DNA of 64,000 nt from Candidatus Komeilibacteria bacterium (GTDB lineage Bacteria > Patescibacteriota > Patescibacteriia > UBA1558 > UBA10009): the NCBI GenBank assembly GCA_030688315.1, contig JAUYIT010000037.1, forward strand, positions 3,348 through 67,347. The letters run 5' to 3'. Shown here in pieces: positions 20,177 to 27,840 of this stretch. The stretch's first letter is position 1; the number at the start of each line of letters is the position of its first letter. The notes beneath the pieces were generated by a model. That model was not told the DNA's origin. It saw only the letters and a list, made by a program, of their open reading frames with translations, and searched no databases. Position numbers and translations under genes: made by a program.

Positions 20177-20674
20177 TTAGTCCTCTTGTTCCTTAACCTT
20201 GATGCTGAAAGCTTGTGATTTCTTTGCTTTAGGCAAAGTGACGGTTAGCACGCCGTTTTTTAAGGAAGCATCAACTTTGTCGGGCATAATTTCCACGGGC
20301 AAAATAATGGAACGTGAGAAGCCGCCCCAGTAGCATTCTTGATAAAAATAATCGTCCTCGGAAATGGTTTCGTCAATTTCGCGTTTGCCACGGATGGTCA
20401 CCATGTCGTTGTTGATGGAAATATCAATGTCTTCGGGCTTAACGCCGGCAATGGTGGATTTAATCACAATGGCGTCTTTGGTTTGGAAAACGTCAACTGA
20501 AAGCTGGCCTTCTTCGTAATCTTCATCCAGCCATTTTTCTTCGTGTTCAGCGGGTTTTTTGGAGGCCTCTTTGGTTATTACCGCTTGTTCTTCCGAAGAA
20601 TCATTGGTTAAAAAGAAATCGTCAGCCGAGTCTTCGTTTTGATCTTTTTCCTTTTTGCCGAAAATTTTAAACAT
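20177..20674 (-). CDS. Hsp20/alpha-crystallin family small heat-shock protein
   Basis: Alpha-crystallin domain (VDVFQTKDAIVIKSTIAGVKPEDIDISINNDMVTIRGKRE...GVLTVTLPK). Confidence 0.85.
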   Translation of the reverse strand: MFKIFGKKEKDQNEDSADDFFLTNDSSEEQAVITKEASKKPAEHEEKWLDEDYEEGQLSVDVFQTKDAIVIKSTIAGVKPEDIDISINNDMVTIRGKREIDETISEDDYFYQECYWGGFSRSIILPVEIMPDKVDASLKNGVLTVTLPKAKKSQAFSIKVKEQED

Positions 20675-20880
20675 AAGTAGTTCTGTTTTAGTTTTGTGAG
20701 ATTTTATACCCGTATATTATACAATTTTTTTATACACATAGCAAATTAATTATTTGTGTGAATCCATTTTGAATCAGTGCAATCCGTGTGGCAAAAAAAA
20801 GAGGCCGGGGCGACTCATTCAAGAATGGTGTAACCACTCTCGTTTGAGCCGCCACCGGCGGTGAAATTGCACTTAGGCCA

Positions 20881-21954
20881 TCAGACCACTGCGCAAACCT
20901 TTTTCTTTGGTAACGCAGCTGCCAACGGAGCTTCAAACTCCGTCTTATGCGCCTCCCAAAGCATAAGCTCCAGGGCGCGCTCCTGCTGTGGATTGGTTGG
21001 CGGTTGTACGCCACCAGCCACATAGAAGCGCACTAGCTCCATTTTGACATCGTGGTAGGCGCTCATGCCAAACGCCAAAATAGCGCAGCCGATCGCTTCC
21101 AACGTCAGGTAGGTCCTGATGACATTTTCGGTTTCCGGAACCGCGTCGCTGATGTTGATGGTCCAAACGATCAGGTCAGCGAGAACCTTGGTGCTAAAAC
21201 CCATGCCGTTATCGCGGTCTCGTAGTCGATCATGCAGGATTTTGGCGAACCGGCCGACATGGATGTAGGCCTTGTCCGGATCCTGACTGGCCATGTCGAA
21301 CAAGCAATTTAGCAAGATATTGTTGCTCTCAAGCTTGATCTTGGGGTTGATTTTGGGATTAGCCAAGAACATTGACCATTGTTTCCAAAGGTCGAAATGT
21401 TCCCTTAGATATTCCAGCGGCCAACTGTCTTGCCGCGCGCCGGCCAGAGCAATTAGCTGTTGGCCGTACCATTGGCGAAGTTGGTCCAGGTTCTTCTTTC
21501 CCTCGATTTCGTGGAGATTCTCCACGATCGTCTCAATAATGAATTGAGTCAGATCGTGATGGATCTCCTGCCAGGGCAGAATATTACCGCGTTCGGCCAT
21601 CACCGAGCTGAAACTGATGATGTCCAACCGGTCGGCGATTTGCTGGCCCAGCACTTTTTCGCACAGCGGACTGTGCAAATCGTGGTGGAGCCAGGTGAAA
21701 ATTGCTCGGTGGGCCAAGTCAGCGCGTTTGGCCAGCTGCCATAGCAAGGTCTGGAATTCTTCCAGCTTGCACTTGTCAAGGCAGTGAGCTAGTTGGAAGT
21801 CCCAGCTCACGTTTGCTTTGACGCTGCCATTTTCTTTTTCAAAATGGAGCACATAATCCCAGTGGCGGTAATACCGCCGAATCTTTTCGTCGTAATTTCC
21901 GTTCATAGCACCCTTCTTGGTGTTTCTGGTGTTGCTGGTGTTTCTTCTGCTCAA
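20881..21954 (-). CDS. Hypothetical protein, alpha-helical, no recognised domain (island gene)
   Basis: 357-aa ORF (341 aa if it starts at MNGNYDEK). GC is above the local background. Its start overlaps the stop of the upstream 104-aa gene. Confidence 0.55.
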   Translation of the reverse strand: MSRRNTSNTRNTKKGAMNGNYDEKIRRYYRHWDYVLHFEKENGSVKANVSWDFQLAHCLDKCKLEEFQTLLWQLAKRADLAHRAIFTWLHHDLHSPLCEKVLGQQIADRLDIISFSSVMAERGNILPWQEIHHDLTQFIIETIVENLHEIEGKKNLDQLRQWYGQQLIALAGARQDSWPLEYLREHFDLWKQWSMFLANPKINPKIKLESNNILLNCLFDMASQDPDKAYIHVGRFAKILHDRLRDRDNGMGFSTKVLADLIVWTINISDAVPETENVIRTYLTLEAIGCAILAFGMSAYHDVKMELVRFYVAGGVQPPTNPQQERALELMLWEAHKTEFEAPLAAALPKKKVCAVV

Positions 21955-22265
21955 GCAGGTTTGGCTTTAGGCCACGCTTCTTTGGCGTAGTATCCCTTAT
22001 CGCCGAAACCGACTTTTATGAGCAGTTGTTCCTTAACTTTAAGATCGTGGTCGCCGCGCCAAGCGCTGGGCTGACCACGTCTGGTCTCAAATTGGAACTT
22101 AATTGAGACTTTGGTTTGTCCGATCGGGTATTCGATTATCGCGTATCCATAGCCAACGTAAACGCTGGTCATTTGTACGCAAATAATATGATCGGAGGAT
22201 TCAAGAATCCTCTCGAATTCAGGAATCGGTTCGGCCTTTTGTTTGGGGCCGTCTCGATTTTGCAT
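21951..22265 (-). CDS. Hypothetical 104-aa protein (island gene)
   Basis: Preceded by GGAGAAAGC-ATG and a consensus promoter. No recognised motif. Confidence 0.55.
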   Translation of the reverse strand: MQNRDGPKQKAEPIPEFERILESSDHIICVQMTSVYVGYGYAIIEYPIGQTKVSIKFQFETRRGQPSAWRGDHDLKVKEQLLIKVGFGDKGYYAKEAWPKAKPA

Positions 22266-22332
22266 GCTTTCTCCATGCTATTTGGTTGATAAGCCCATTT
22301 TCTGGGCACTTTTTGAAAGTTCACAAGGGTTT

Positions 22333-22360
22333 ATTATACCTATTTTTCAGAATTTGTCAA
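22333..22360 (-). promoter_or_regulatory. Consensus promoter TTGACA-N16-TATAAT for the island two-gene operon
   Basis: RC reads gggcTTGACAaattctgaaaaataggTATAATaaac. A hairpin CCCGCCgatttGGCGGG lies immediately upstream. Confidence 0.65.
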
Positions 22361-22361
22361 G

Positions 22362-22378
22362 CCCGCCGATTTGGCGGG
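22362..22378 (-). terminator. Hairpin CCCGCC-N5-GGCGGG downstream of the frameshifted gene remnant
   Basis: Short GC stem between the remnant stop and the island promoter. Confidence 0.4.
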
Positions 22379-22445
22379 TTAAGTTTGGCTAAAAATAGCA
22401 AAAAAAAGACGGAAAATTGGAGTATTCCGTCAAAATTGCATTTGA

Positions 22446-22617
22446 TCAAGTTTTGTTCTCTAAGGCCATCAGGTCAATCTTTAGTACCACTGGATCATAC
22501 TTTCGGCTGATGGTTCGAGAGATCTCTGACCAACGCGCCAGTTGATCGGCCAGCTGGTTGAGTTGAAGCGAACTTTTGAGCTGTCCGCGCCGGTCCAACA
22601 ACAGATTGATGAGGTCA
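22446..22617 (-). pseudogene. Out-of-frame continuation (no start codon) of the upstream 356-aa gene; frameshifted 3' end
   Basis: The -1 frame after the TAA at 22619 reads RLNDLINLLLDRRGQLKSSLQLNQLADQLARWSEISRTISRKYDPVVLKIDLMALENKT*. It is protein-like and has no initiation codon. Confidence 0.45.
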
Positions 22618-22618
22618 T

Positions 22619-23689
22619 TTAAACGTCATCAGCGCCTGTTTCATTGGAAGTTTCTTCAGGATAAGGAGCGATGGCGATGGTTTTAATCGCGGTGCCGGAT
22701 AAAATCCGATAAATCAGATTTATTTCTGATTTAACCGGAATCAGCCGGTAAGCGCCCACCATGATCCGTTCCAGCAAACCCAGTTTGATCAGCTGATCAA
22801 GTACTCTGTGCCCGCGGCCCGGCGTTTTGCACAGATCGCCATAGAGCCGCAGTTCGCCCTTGTGGACGATAGTGTCTTTGACCAGTTGGCGATACAGTTT
22901 GGTCTGGTTGACCGACAGTTGAAGGTCAACGCAGCGTCCGTTGATTTGGCGGCGAACCGCTTTATCGTCAGCCTTTGTTTGTCCAAGCTCAATCTTGAGC
23001 CACCATAGTCCCTGCTGGATCATCTGGATGAAGCCGGCGGCCTCCAATTTTTGAACGGGCATCTTGTTGTAGCGCAAGAGTTCAAAAATTCCTCCTTTAA
23101 AACAGAACCGGCCGTCATTGCCACGAAAACCCTTGGCCCAGAGTTGCCGGTAAATCAGTTGAAGTTTTTCCGGCAGGGTAGATAGAAGCTCTTCCTGATT
23201 GTTGGCGGGCGTTGGCTGATTGCTTTCAGCGGCCAGAGCCAGCAACAGCAGGTCCACCTTTTGGGTTGTTGAACCGTTCGGCAAATCGAGCGATGTTTTG
23301 GTTTTCTCCAACTCATCGTTGCTGTAAGGCGAGTTCAACCGCTGATTGGGGAAGCGCTTTTGGCACTCCACAATCAACCGCAAAGCCGTTGCTTTGAGTT
23401 GTTCCTTGGAAACCGCCACTGTTTCGCACAAAATGGTTTGCACTAACTGAAACTCTCGGCCGTCTGGCGAATAGACTTTGATGTTCAGCAGGCCGGTTTT
23501 GCGCATACCGTTGTTGACCTGAGGATGTTCAAAGTGCCAGGTGTTGGCATTTTGCCCATTAAAAAGGCCATTGACGCTAGTTATTTGGAAACGCCGCGTC
23601 TTTTCGATACGGCCTGATTGTTTTTTCAGCCATTCAATCAGGCTAAGAGTAGCGGGTAAGGCCCGGCCGGATTGGTCCAGTTTCTTCAT
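22619..23689 (-). CDS. Hypothetical 356-aa protein with C-terminal winged-helix-like segment (island gene)
   Basis: ...RLYGDLCKTPGRGHRVLDQLIKLGLLERIMVGAYRLIP... resembles wHTH DNA-binding domains. No catalytic motif recognised. Confidence 0.55.
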   Translation of the reverse strand: MKKLDQSGRALPATLSLIEWLKKQSGRIEKTRRFQITSVNGLFNGQNANTWHFEHPQVNNGMRKTGLLNIKVYSPDGREFQLVQTILCETVAVSKEQLKATALRLIVECQKRFPNQRLNSPYSNDELEKTKTSLDLPNGSTTQKVDLLLLALAAESNQPTPANNQEELLSTLPEKLQLIYRQLWAKGFRGNDGRFCFKGGIFELLRYNKMPVQKLEAAGFIQMIQQGLWWLKIELGQTKADDKAVRRQINGRCVDLQLSVNQTKLYRQLVKDTIVHKGELRLYGDLCKTPGRGHRVLDQLIKLGLLERIMVGAYRLIPVKSEINLIYRILSGTAIKTIAIAPYPEETSNETGADDV

Positions 23690-23788
23690 TAGTTGCCTCC
23701 TTTGGCAGGTTGTGAATTTACTATTCAGGGCTATCTTAACTATGATTTGATACTTTTGTCAAAGCCAAAAATTTGAATAAATAAAAAA

Positions 23789-23806
23789 AGACCTCTAGGT
23801 CTAAAA
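23789..23806 (-). terminator. Rho-independent terminator after tRNA-Glu
   Basis: Minus strand reads AGACCTAGAGGTCT followed by TTTTTTT. Confidence 0.6.
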
Positions 23807-23812
23807 AATTTT

Positions 23813-23887
23813 TGGTACCACCACGGAGAATCGAACTCCGATTACCAGGATGAAAACCTGGCGTCCTAACCGTTAGACGATGATGGC
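23813..23887 (-). tRNA. tRNA-Glu (anticodon TTC) with encoded CCA
   Basis: RC is GCCATCATCGTCTAACGGTTAGGACGCCAGGTTTTCATCCTGGTAATCGGAGTTCGATTCTCCGTGGTGGTACCA. Anticodon loop TTTTCAT, T-arm GGAGTTCGATTCTCC. Confidence 0.85.
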
Positions 23888-23954
23888 AATTAAAAAACTA
23901 TTGCCAATACTACAATGAATTGAAAGAAAAGTCAAGGCGTGCTAGTATCTAAGC

Positions 23955-25127
23955 ATGAAAATACTAGGCATAGAATCATCGTGTGATGAAACAGCGGCCG
24001 CTTTGCTGGAAGTAAAGGACGGTCGTTTTGAAGTTTTAAATAATGTGGTTTGGTCGCAAACGGAGATTCATAAAAAGTACGGAGGGGTGGTGCCGGAGGT
24101 GGCGGCGCGTCAGCATGTGGAGTCAATCAATCTGGTAATTGAAGAAGTTTTAGGTAAAGTCATGAAACCGGATTTGATTGCGGTCACCAAAGGCCCGGGT
24201 TTAATTACTTCATTATCAGTTGGAGTCCAGGCCGCTAAGACCTTGTCTTATAGTTGGCAGATTCCATTGATCGGCGTTAACCATTTAGAAGGACATCTTT
24301 GGAGCTTCCTGTTAAATAACAAATCACAAGCACCAATTTCCCCGGCTTTGCCGGGTCAAGCCAAAAAAGTTTCAAATTCCAAATCACAAGATAAAAATAA
24401 ATTTGTAAATTGGAAATTGTCCCCCTTCGCTCTGCGAGCTTCGGAGGATAAAGAAATTGGAAATTGTTTGCCCGCTGTTGTTTTAATAGTTTCAGGGGGC
24501 CATACCGAATTAGTTTTAGTTAAAGAAGTTGGTAGATATAAATTAATTGGGCAAACTTTGGATGACGCGGTTGGTGAGGCCTTTGATAAGGTCGCCAAAA
24601 TGTTGAACCTTGGTTATCCGGGCGGGCCGATCGTGGCTCATTTTGCTAAGAGCGGTAACGCCGAGGCCATTAAGTTTCCGCGGCCAATGCTGAAGAGCGA
24701 TGATTTTGATTTTTCTTTTTCCGGACTTAAAACTGCCGTTAAATACCATTTGCAAAACATGACTCAAACCGGCGGTCTAAGCCGGGCATACACTAACGAT
24801 ATCTGCGCTTCTTTTCAGCAAGCCGTGATTGAAGTATTGGTTGATAAAACTATCAGGGCGGCTCAAAAATTCAAGGCCAAATCAATTATTTTAGGCGGGG
24901 GAGTTAGCGCTAATGAACAATTAATTAAGAATTTAGATTTAAAAACTAAAGAATCAGAGCTGGATTTTTATTTTCCCGAAAAATGGTTAACCGGCGATAA
25001 CGCGGCTATGATTGCTTTGGCCGGTTATTTTAATGCAAAAAAATCTTCCCCGCTTCGACCGCGAAGCGAGGCGAGCAAAAATACTTGGAAGACCTTAACT
25101 GCTGACGCTAATTTAAGATTAGTTTAA
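23955..25127 (+). CDS. tsaD: tRNA N6-adenosine threonylcarbamoyltransferase TsaD with ~50-aa in-frame insertion
   Basis: MKILGIESSCDETAAAL..., HLEGH, VSGGHTELV, DDAVGEAFDKVAK motifs. The insertion NNKSQAPISPALPGQAKKVSNSKSQDKNKFVNWKLSPFALRASEDKEIGNC is encoded by repetitive DNA. Confidence 0.9.
   Translation: MKILGIESSCDETAAALLEVKDGRFEVLNNVVWSQTEIHKKYGGVVPEVAARQHVESINLVIEEVLGKVMKPDLIAVTKGPGLITSLSVGVQAAKTLSYSWQIPLIGVNHLEGHLWSFLLNNKSQAPISPALPGQAKKVSNSKSQDKNKFVNWKLSPFALRASEDKEIGNCLPAVVLIVSGGHTELVLVKEVGRYKLIGQTLDDAVGEAFDKVAKMLNLGYPGGPIVAHFAKSGNAEAIKFPRPMLKSDDFDFSFSGLKTAVKYHLQNMTQTGGLSRAYTNDICASFQQAVIEVLVDKTIRAAQKFKAKSIILGGGVSANEQLIKNLDLKTKESELDFYFPEKWLTGDNAAMIALAGYFNAKKSSPLRPRSEASKNTWKTLTADANLRLV
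24320..24472. repeat. Repetitive/palindromic DNA inside tsaD (AAATCACAAG x2; CCAATTTCC ... GGAAATTGG x2)
   Basis: aaatcacaagcaccaatttcc...ccaaatcacaagataaaaataaatttgtaaattggaaattgtc...gaaattggaaattg. Confidence 0.6.
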
Positions 25128-25652
25128 TTTACTTTTTAGATAAGCTAATAATTCCGGAAAGGTTTGGTCCACAAAATGACCCTTATCTGTATAAGCGAAG
25201 GTTTCCGGCTCTAGCCGGTTTTTTATTTCTTCAAATTCGGTGGCGGGAATATATGGATCGTCAGTAGAATAAAACAGACCGATAAATTTTTGATTGGCTT
25301 TAATTTTATCCCACTGCCAGGGAGAATCAAAATAGCCGCTTTGTTTTTCCAAGTCATCGTTTAAATCGGTAATGGAAGGTCCGATTAAAACAGAACCCAA
25401 AAGCTTATTGTTCTCGGCATATCTTAAGGAAGCCCTGGCGCCGGAGGAATGACCGACTAAAATGGTCTGCTCGTCCGCTTTTAGGTTGTCTTTTAAAAAC
25501 GGCAGCCAGTATTGAGCGCGAGCAATAATGGAATCAGGGAAAGTTTCAAAAACGTTGGTCACGCCCAGCTTATCCAGTTCGGCTTTAAGCCAGGGCGTCC
25601 AAGCGTAACTCCAATGCATCGATCCATTGCCGTGAATAAAAATAATTTTCAT
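25119..25652 (-). CDS. Alpha/beta serine hydrolase (YdeN/RBBP9-like)
   Basis: GHSSG nucleophile elbow. Size and layout match the Ser_hydrolase family. Confidence 0.7.
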   Translation of the reverse strand: MKIIFIHGNGSMHWSYAWTPWLKAELDKLGVTNVFETFPDSIIARAQYWLPFLKDNLKADEQTILVGHSSGARASLRYAENNKLLGSVLIGPSITDLNDDLEKQSGYFDSPWQWDKIKANQKFIGLFYSTDDPYIPATEFEEIKNRLEPETFAYTDKGHFVDQTFPELLAYLKSKLN

Positions 25653-25722
25653 AAAAGGAGTGATTAACTAACCATTGACATCTTACCGTTTTAGCCTCAA
25701 AATGTAAATAATCTTAAAACAG

Positions 25723-26148
25723 ATGATGAGAATTTCTAAAAATTTAACGGAAACCGGACAAATCGCCACAGAGGTTGCGGTCAACCTTAAGGGCGGGGAA
25801 GTGATCGGTTTAGTCGGCGAACTGGGCGCGGGTAAAACGACCTTTGTTCAGGCCCTAGCTGATTCTTTGGGGATTAAGGAAAAAGTGGCCAGCCCTACTT
25901 TTGTGTTAATGAAGGTTTATTCGGTGATCGGTCATCAATCAATTTCCAAATTGGTTCATGTTGACGCTTATCGTTTACGGGATGCTGAAGAATTAAAGAA
26001 TATCGGTTTGTTGGATTATCTGGGCCAACCCGACACGGTCACGGTCATTGAATGGGCTAATCAGGTCAAAGACATTTTGCCGCCGGATTCAAGGATGATT
26101 ACCATCAGTCCGGGAGAAGGTGAAAATGACAGAACTATTGACTTTTAG
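25723..26148 (+). CDS. tsaE: tRNA threonylcarbamoyladenosine biosynthesis ATPase TsaE
   Basis: P-loop GELGAGKTTF and overall YjeE-like layout. Close to tsaD. Confidence 0.85.
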   Translation: MMRISKNLTETGQIATEVAVNLKGGEVIGLVGELGAGKTTFVQALADSLGIKEKVASPTFVLMKVYSVIGHQSISKLVHVDAYRLRDAEELKNIGLLDYLGQPDTVTVIEWANQVKDILPPDSRMITISPGEGENDRTIDF

Positions 26149-26386
26149 TAAAAAGTGTGCTAATATTAGATTATAAGCATAGGAATCCCTATGTTTTTTC
26201 ATTTTTAATAACTAAAATAAAAACAAAAATATGCGTAATTTTCAACTTGCCGACAATCTGCACAGTTTTTGCCTGCGCCAGTCCTGCTCCTGTTGTTCAG
26301 GATCATGCGACAGCAATAAGAGCTCGCTCGGCAAAAAGCAAAAATCTGTTGATTATTTTGATCACCTATTTAAAGGCACTTATGTA

Positions 26387-26692
26387 ATGTGCAGCTGCCT
26401 GATTGTGTACTCATTACTAGTTATTAATTTTTTGGCCATCAGCGATCCTGTTCATCGCGATCCCATTGGCGTGGCCTTACAGCCCGTGGCTCAGGTTGGC
26501 GCGGAACTGTATTATAATGCCATGTACATTGGCGACGCCATGGGCAATCCTTTGGAGGACACCATTGAAATTTATACAAACTCATTGATTTCGCTGTTTC
26601 AGAATACCGGCGAAGTCCTGTCCAAAATTCCGGACATGCTCACCTGGGCTCCGCCCGTTCAAGCCCGGACGATGAATAATTACTACTGGTAA
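26387..26692 (+). CDS. Small hypothetical protein with N-terminal hydrophobic anchor
   Basis: MCSCLIVYSLLVINFLAISDP... The longer 153-aa reading has an implausible Cys-rich N-terminus. Confidence 0.4.
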   Translation: MCSCLIVYSLLVINFLAISDPVHRDPIGVALQPVAQVGAELYYNAMYIGDAMGNPLEDTIEIYTNSLISLFQNTGEVLSKIPDMLTWAPPVQARTMNNYYW

Positions 26693-26833
26693 TTTTTAAA
26701 AGTTAAGAACCGTCTTGCAATTGCAGGGCGGTTTTTTGTTTGTAATAAAATTGACTTAAGGCCTTTTTTATCGTATATTATTGTAGAGGCGGATTTAAAA
26801 TCCGCCTTAGCTTAAAGGTAATTATTCATTCAT

Positions 26834-27826
26834 ATGAACTCTCAAACCATGCCCCAACGGGTGGACTTGCACAATCATTTAGGCGCGGCCGTTGACCCGG
26901 CCATCATGTGGTCAATCGCCCACACTCAGGGCATTAAATTACCAAGTAAAAATTATTGGGATTTTGAAAAGTTGATCACTATCGCTCAATCAGACGACTT
27001 TCAAAGCATGGCCGAGGTGGATAAGCAGTTGTTTTATTGGACCGAGCTGATCCAATCCTCGCCCGTGGCCGTGGAAACTTCCGTCCAGTCGGTTATTGGC
27101 GGCGGGTACCGCAAATGCAACATTACCGTGCATGAACTGCGTTTTAACCCCATGAAACGCAACCGCGGCGGCGAGCAGGATTTGGACCACATTATCATGG
27201 CGGCTTTAAGAGGCATGGATCGGGCCATTTTGGAATATCCGCAAGTTAAGGCCGGTTTGATTTTAATGTTGGATAGGACTTTTCCTTACGCGCTTAATGA
27301 AATTATCATGCACAAGGCGCTTAAGTACAAAAACCGAGGCATTGTGGGTTTGGATATTGCCGGACCGCAAGTCAAAAAATTCCAGATGAAAAAATACGTC
27401 GGTTTATTTAAAGAAGCCCGCAAGCAGGGTTTGGGCATTACCATCCATACTGGCGAAGAAGGCAACTTGGCGGAAATGCGCCAGGTGGTTAAATTGATTA
27501 AACCCGATCGGATCGGCCACGGTTTTTTATGCTGGCAGGATAAAAAATTGATGAAGGATTTGGTCAAGCATAATATCACTTTGGAATTGTGCCCGACCTC
27601 TAATTTAAAATGCGGGGTCATTAAGTCGCTTAATGAAGAAAGAAAAATCTATCAGACGCTTCATCAGAATAAGGTCAAATTGACCATTAACACTGACGGA
27701 CCGGAAATGTACCGCACTAATTTATTCAAGGAATTGGAGTTTTTACAAACCAATAATATCTTTAGTCAGGCGGATATTGACCGGTTTATGAATAACGCCA
27801 GAAAAGCCAGTTTTATCAAGCAGTAG
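26834..27826 (+). CDS. Adenosine/AMP deaminase-family metallo-hydrolase
   Basis: VDLHNHL near the N-terminus, ITIHTGEE, INTDGPEMY. ADA-like TIM-barrel hydrolase. Confidence 0.7.
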   Translation: MNSQTMPQRVDLHNHLGAAVDPAIMWSIAHTQGIKLPSKNYWDFEKLITIAQSDDFQSMAEVDKQLFYWTELIQSSPVAVETSVQSVIGGGYRKCNITVHELRFNPMKRNRGGEQDLDHIIMAALRGMDRAILEYPQVKAGLILMLDRTFPYALNEIIMHKALKYKNRGIVGLDIAGPQVKKFQMKKYVGLFKEARKQGLGITIHTGEEGNLAEMRQVVKLIKPDRIGHGFLCWQDKKLMKDLVKHNITLELCPTSNLKCGVIKSLNEERKIYQTLHQNKVKLTINTDGPEMYRTNLFKELEFLQTNNIFSQADIDRFMNNARKASFIKQ

Positions 27827-27840
27827 TTGAAAGCCCAATT

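Noticed and set aside
20730-21166. Tracked ORFs 20730..21023(-) and 20945..21166(-)
   Set aside because: They overlap the longer 357-aa ORF in other frames and have Arg/Trp-rich composition typical of out-of-frame GC-richer DNA.
22286-22510. Tracked ORF 22286..22510(+)
   Set aside because: It is antisense to the island promoter/terminator and frameshift remnant, with no signals; spurious.
20700-23900. Integrase or attachment-site duplication of the tRNA-Glu 3' end at the island's far boundary
   Set aside because: No tyrosine/serine recombinase motifs were found in any island ORF, and I could not find a direct repeat of the tRNA 3' segment near 20.7-20.9 kb by eye. The island remains a compositional/positional inference.
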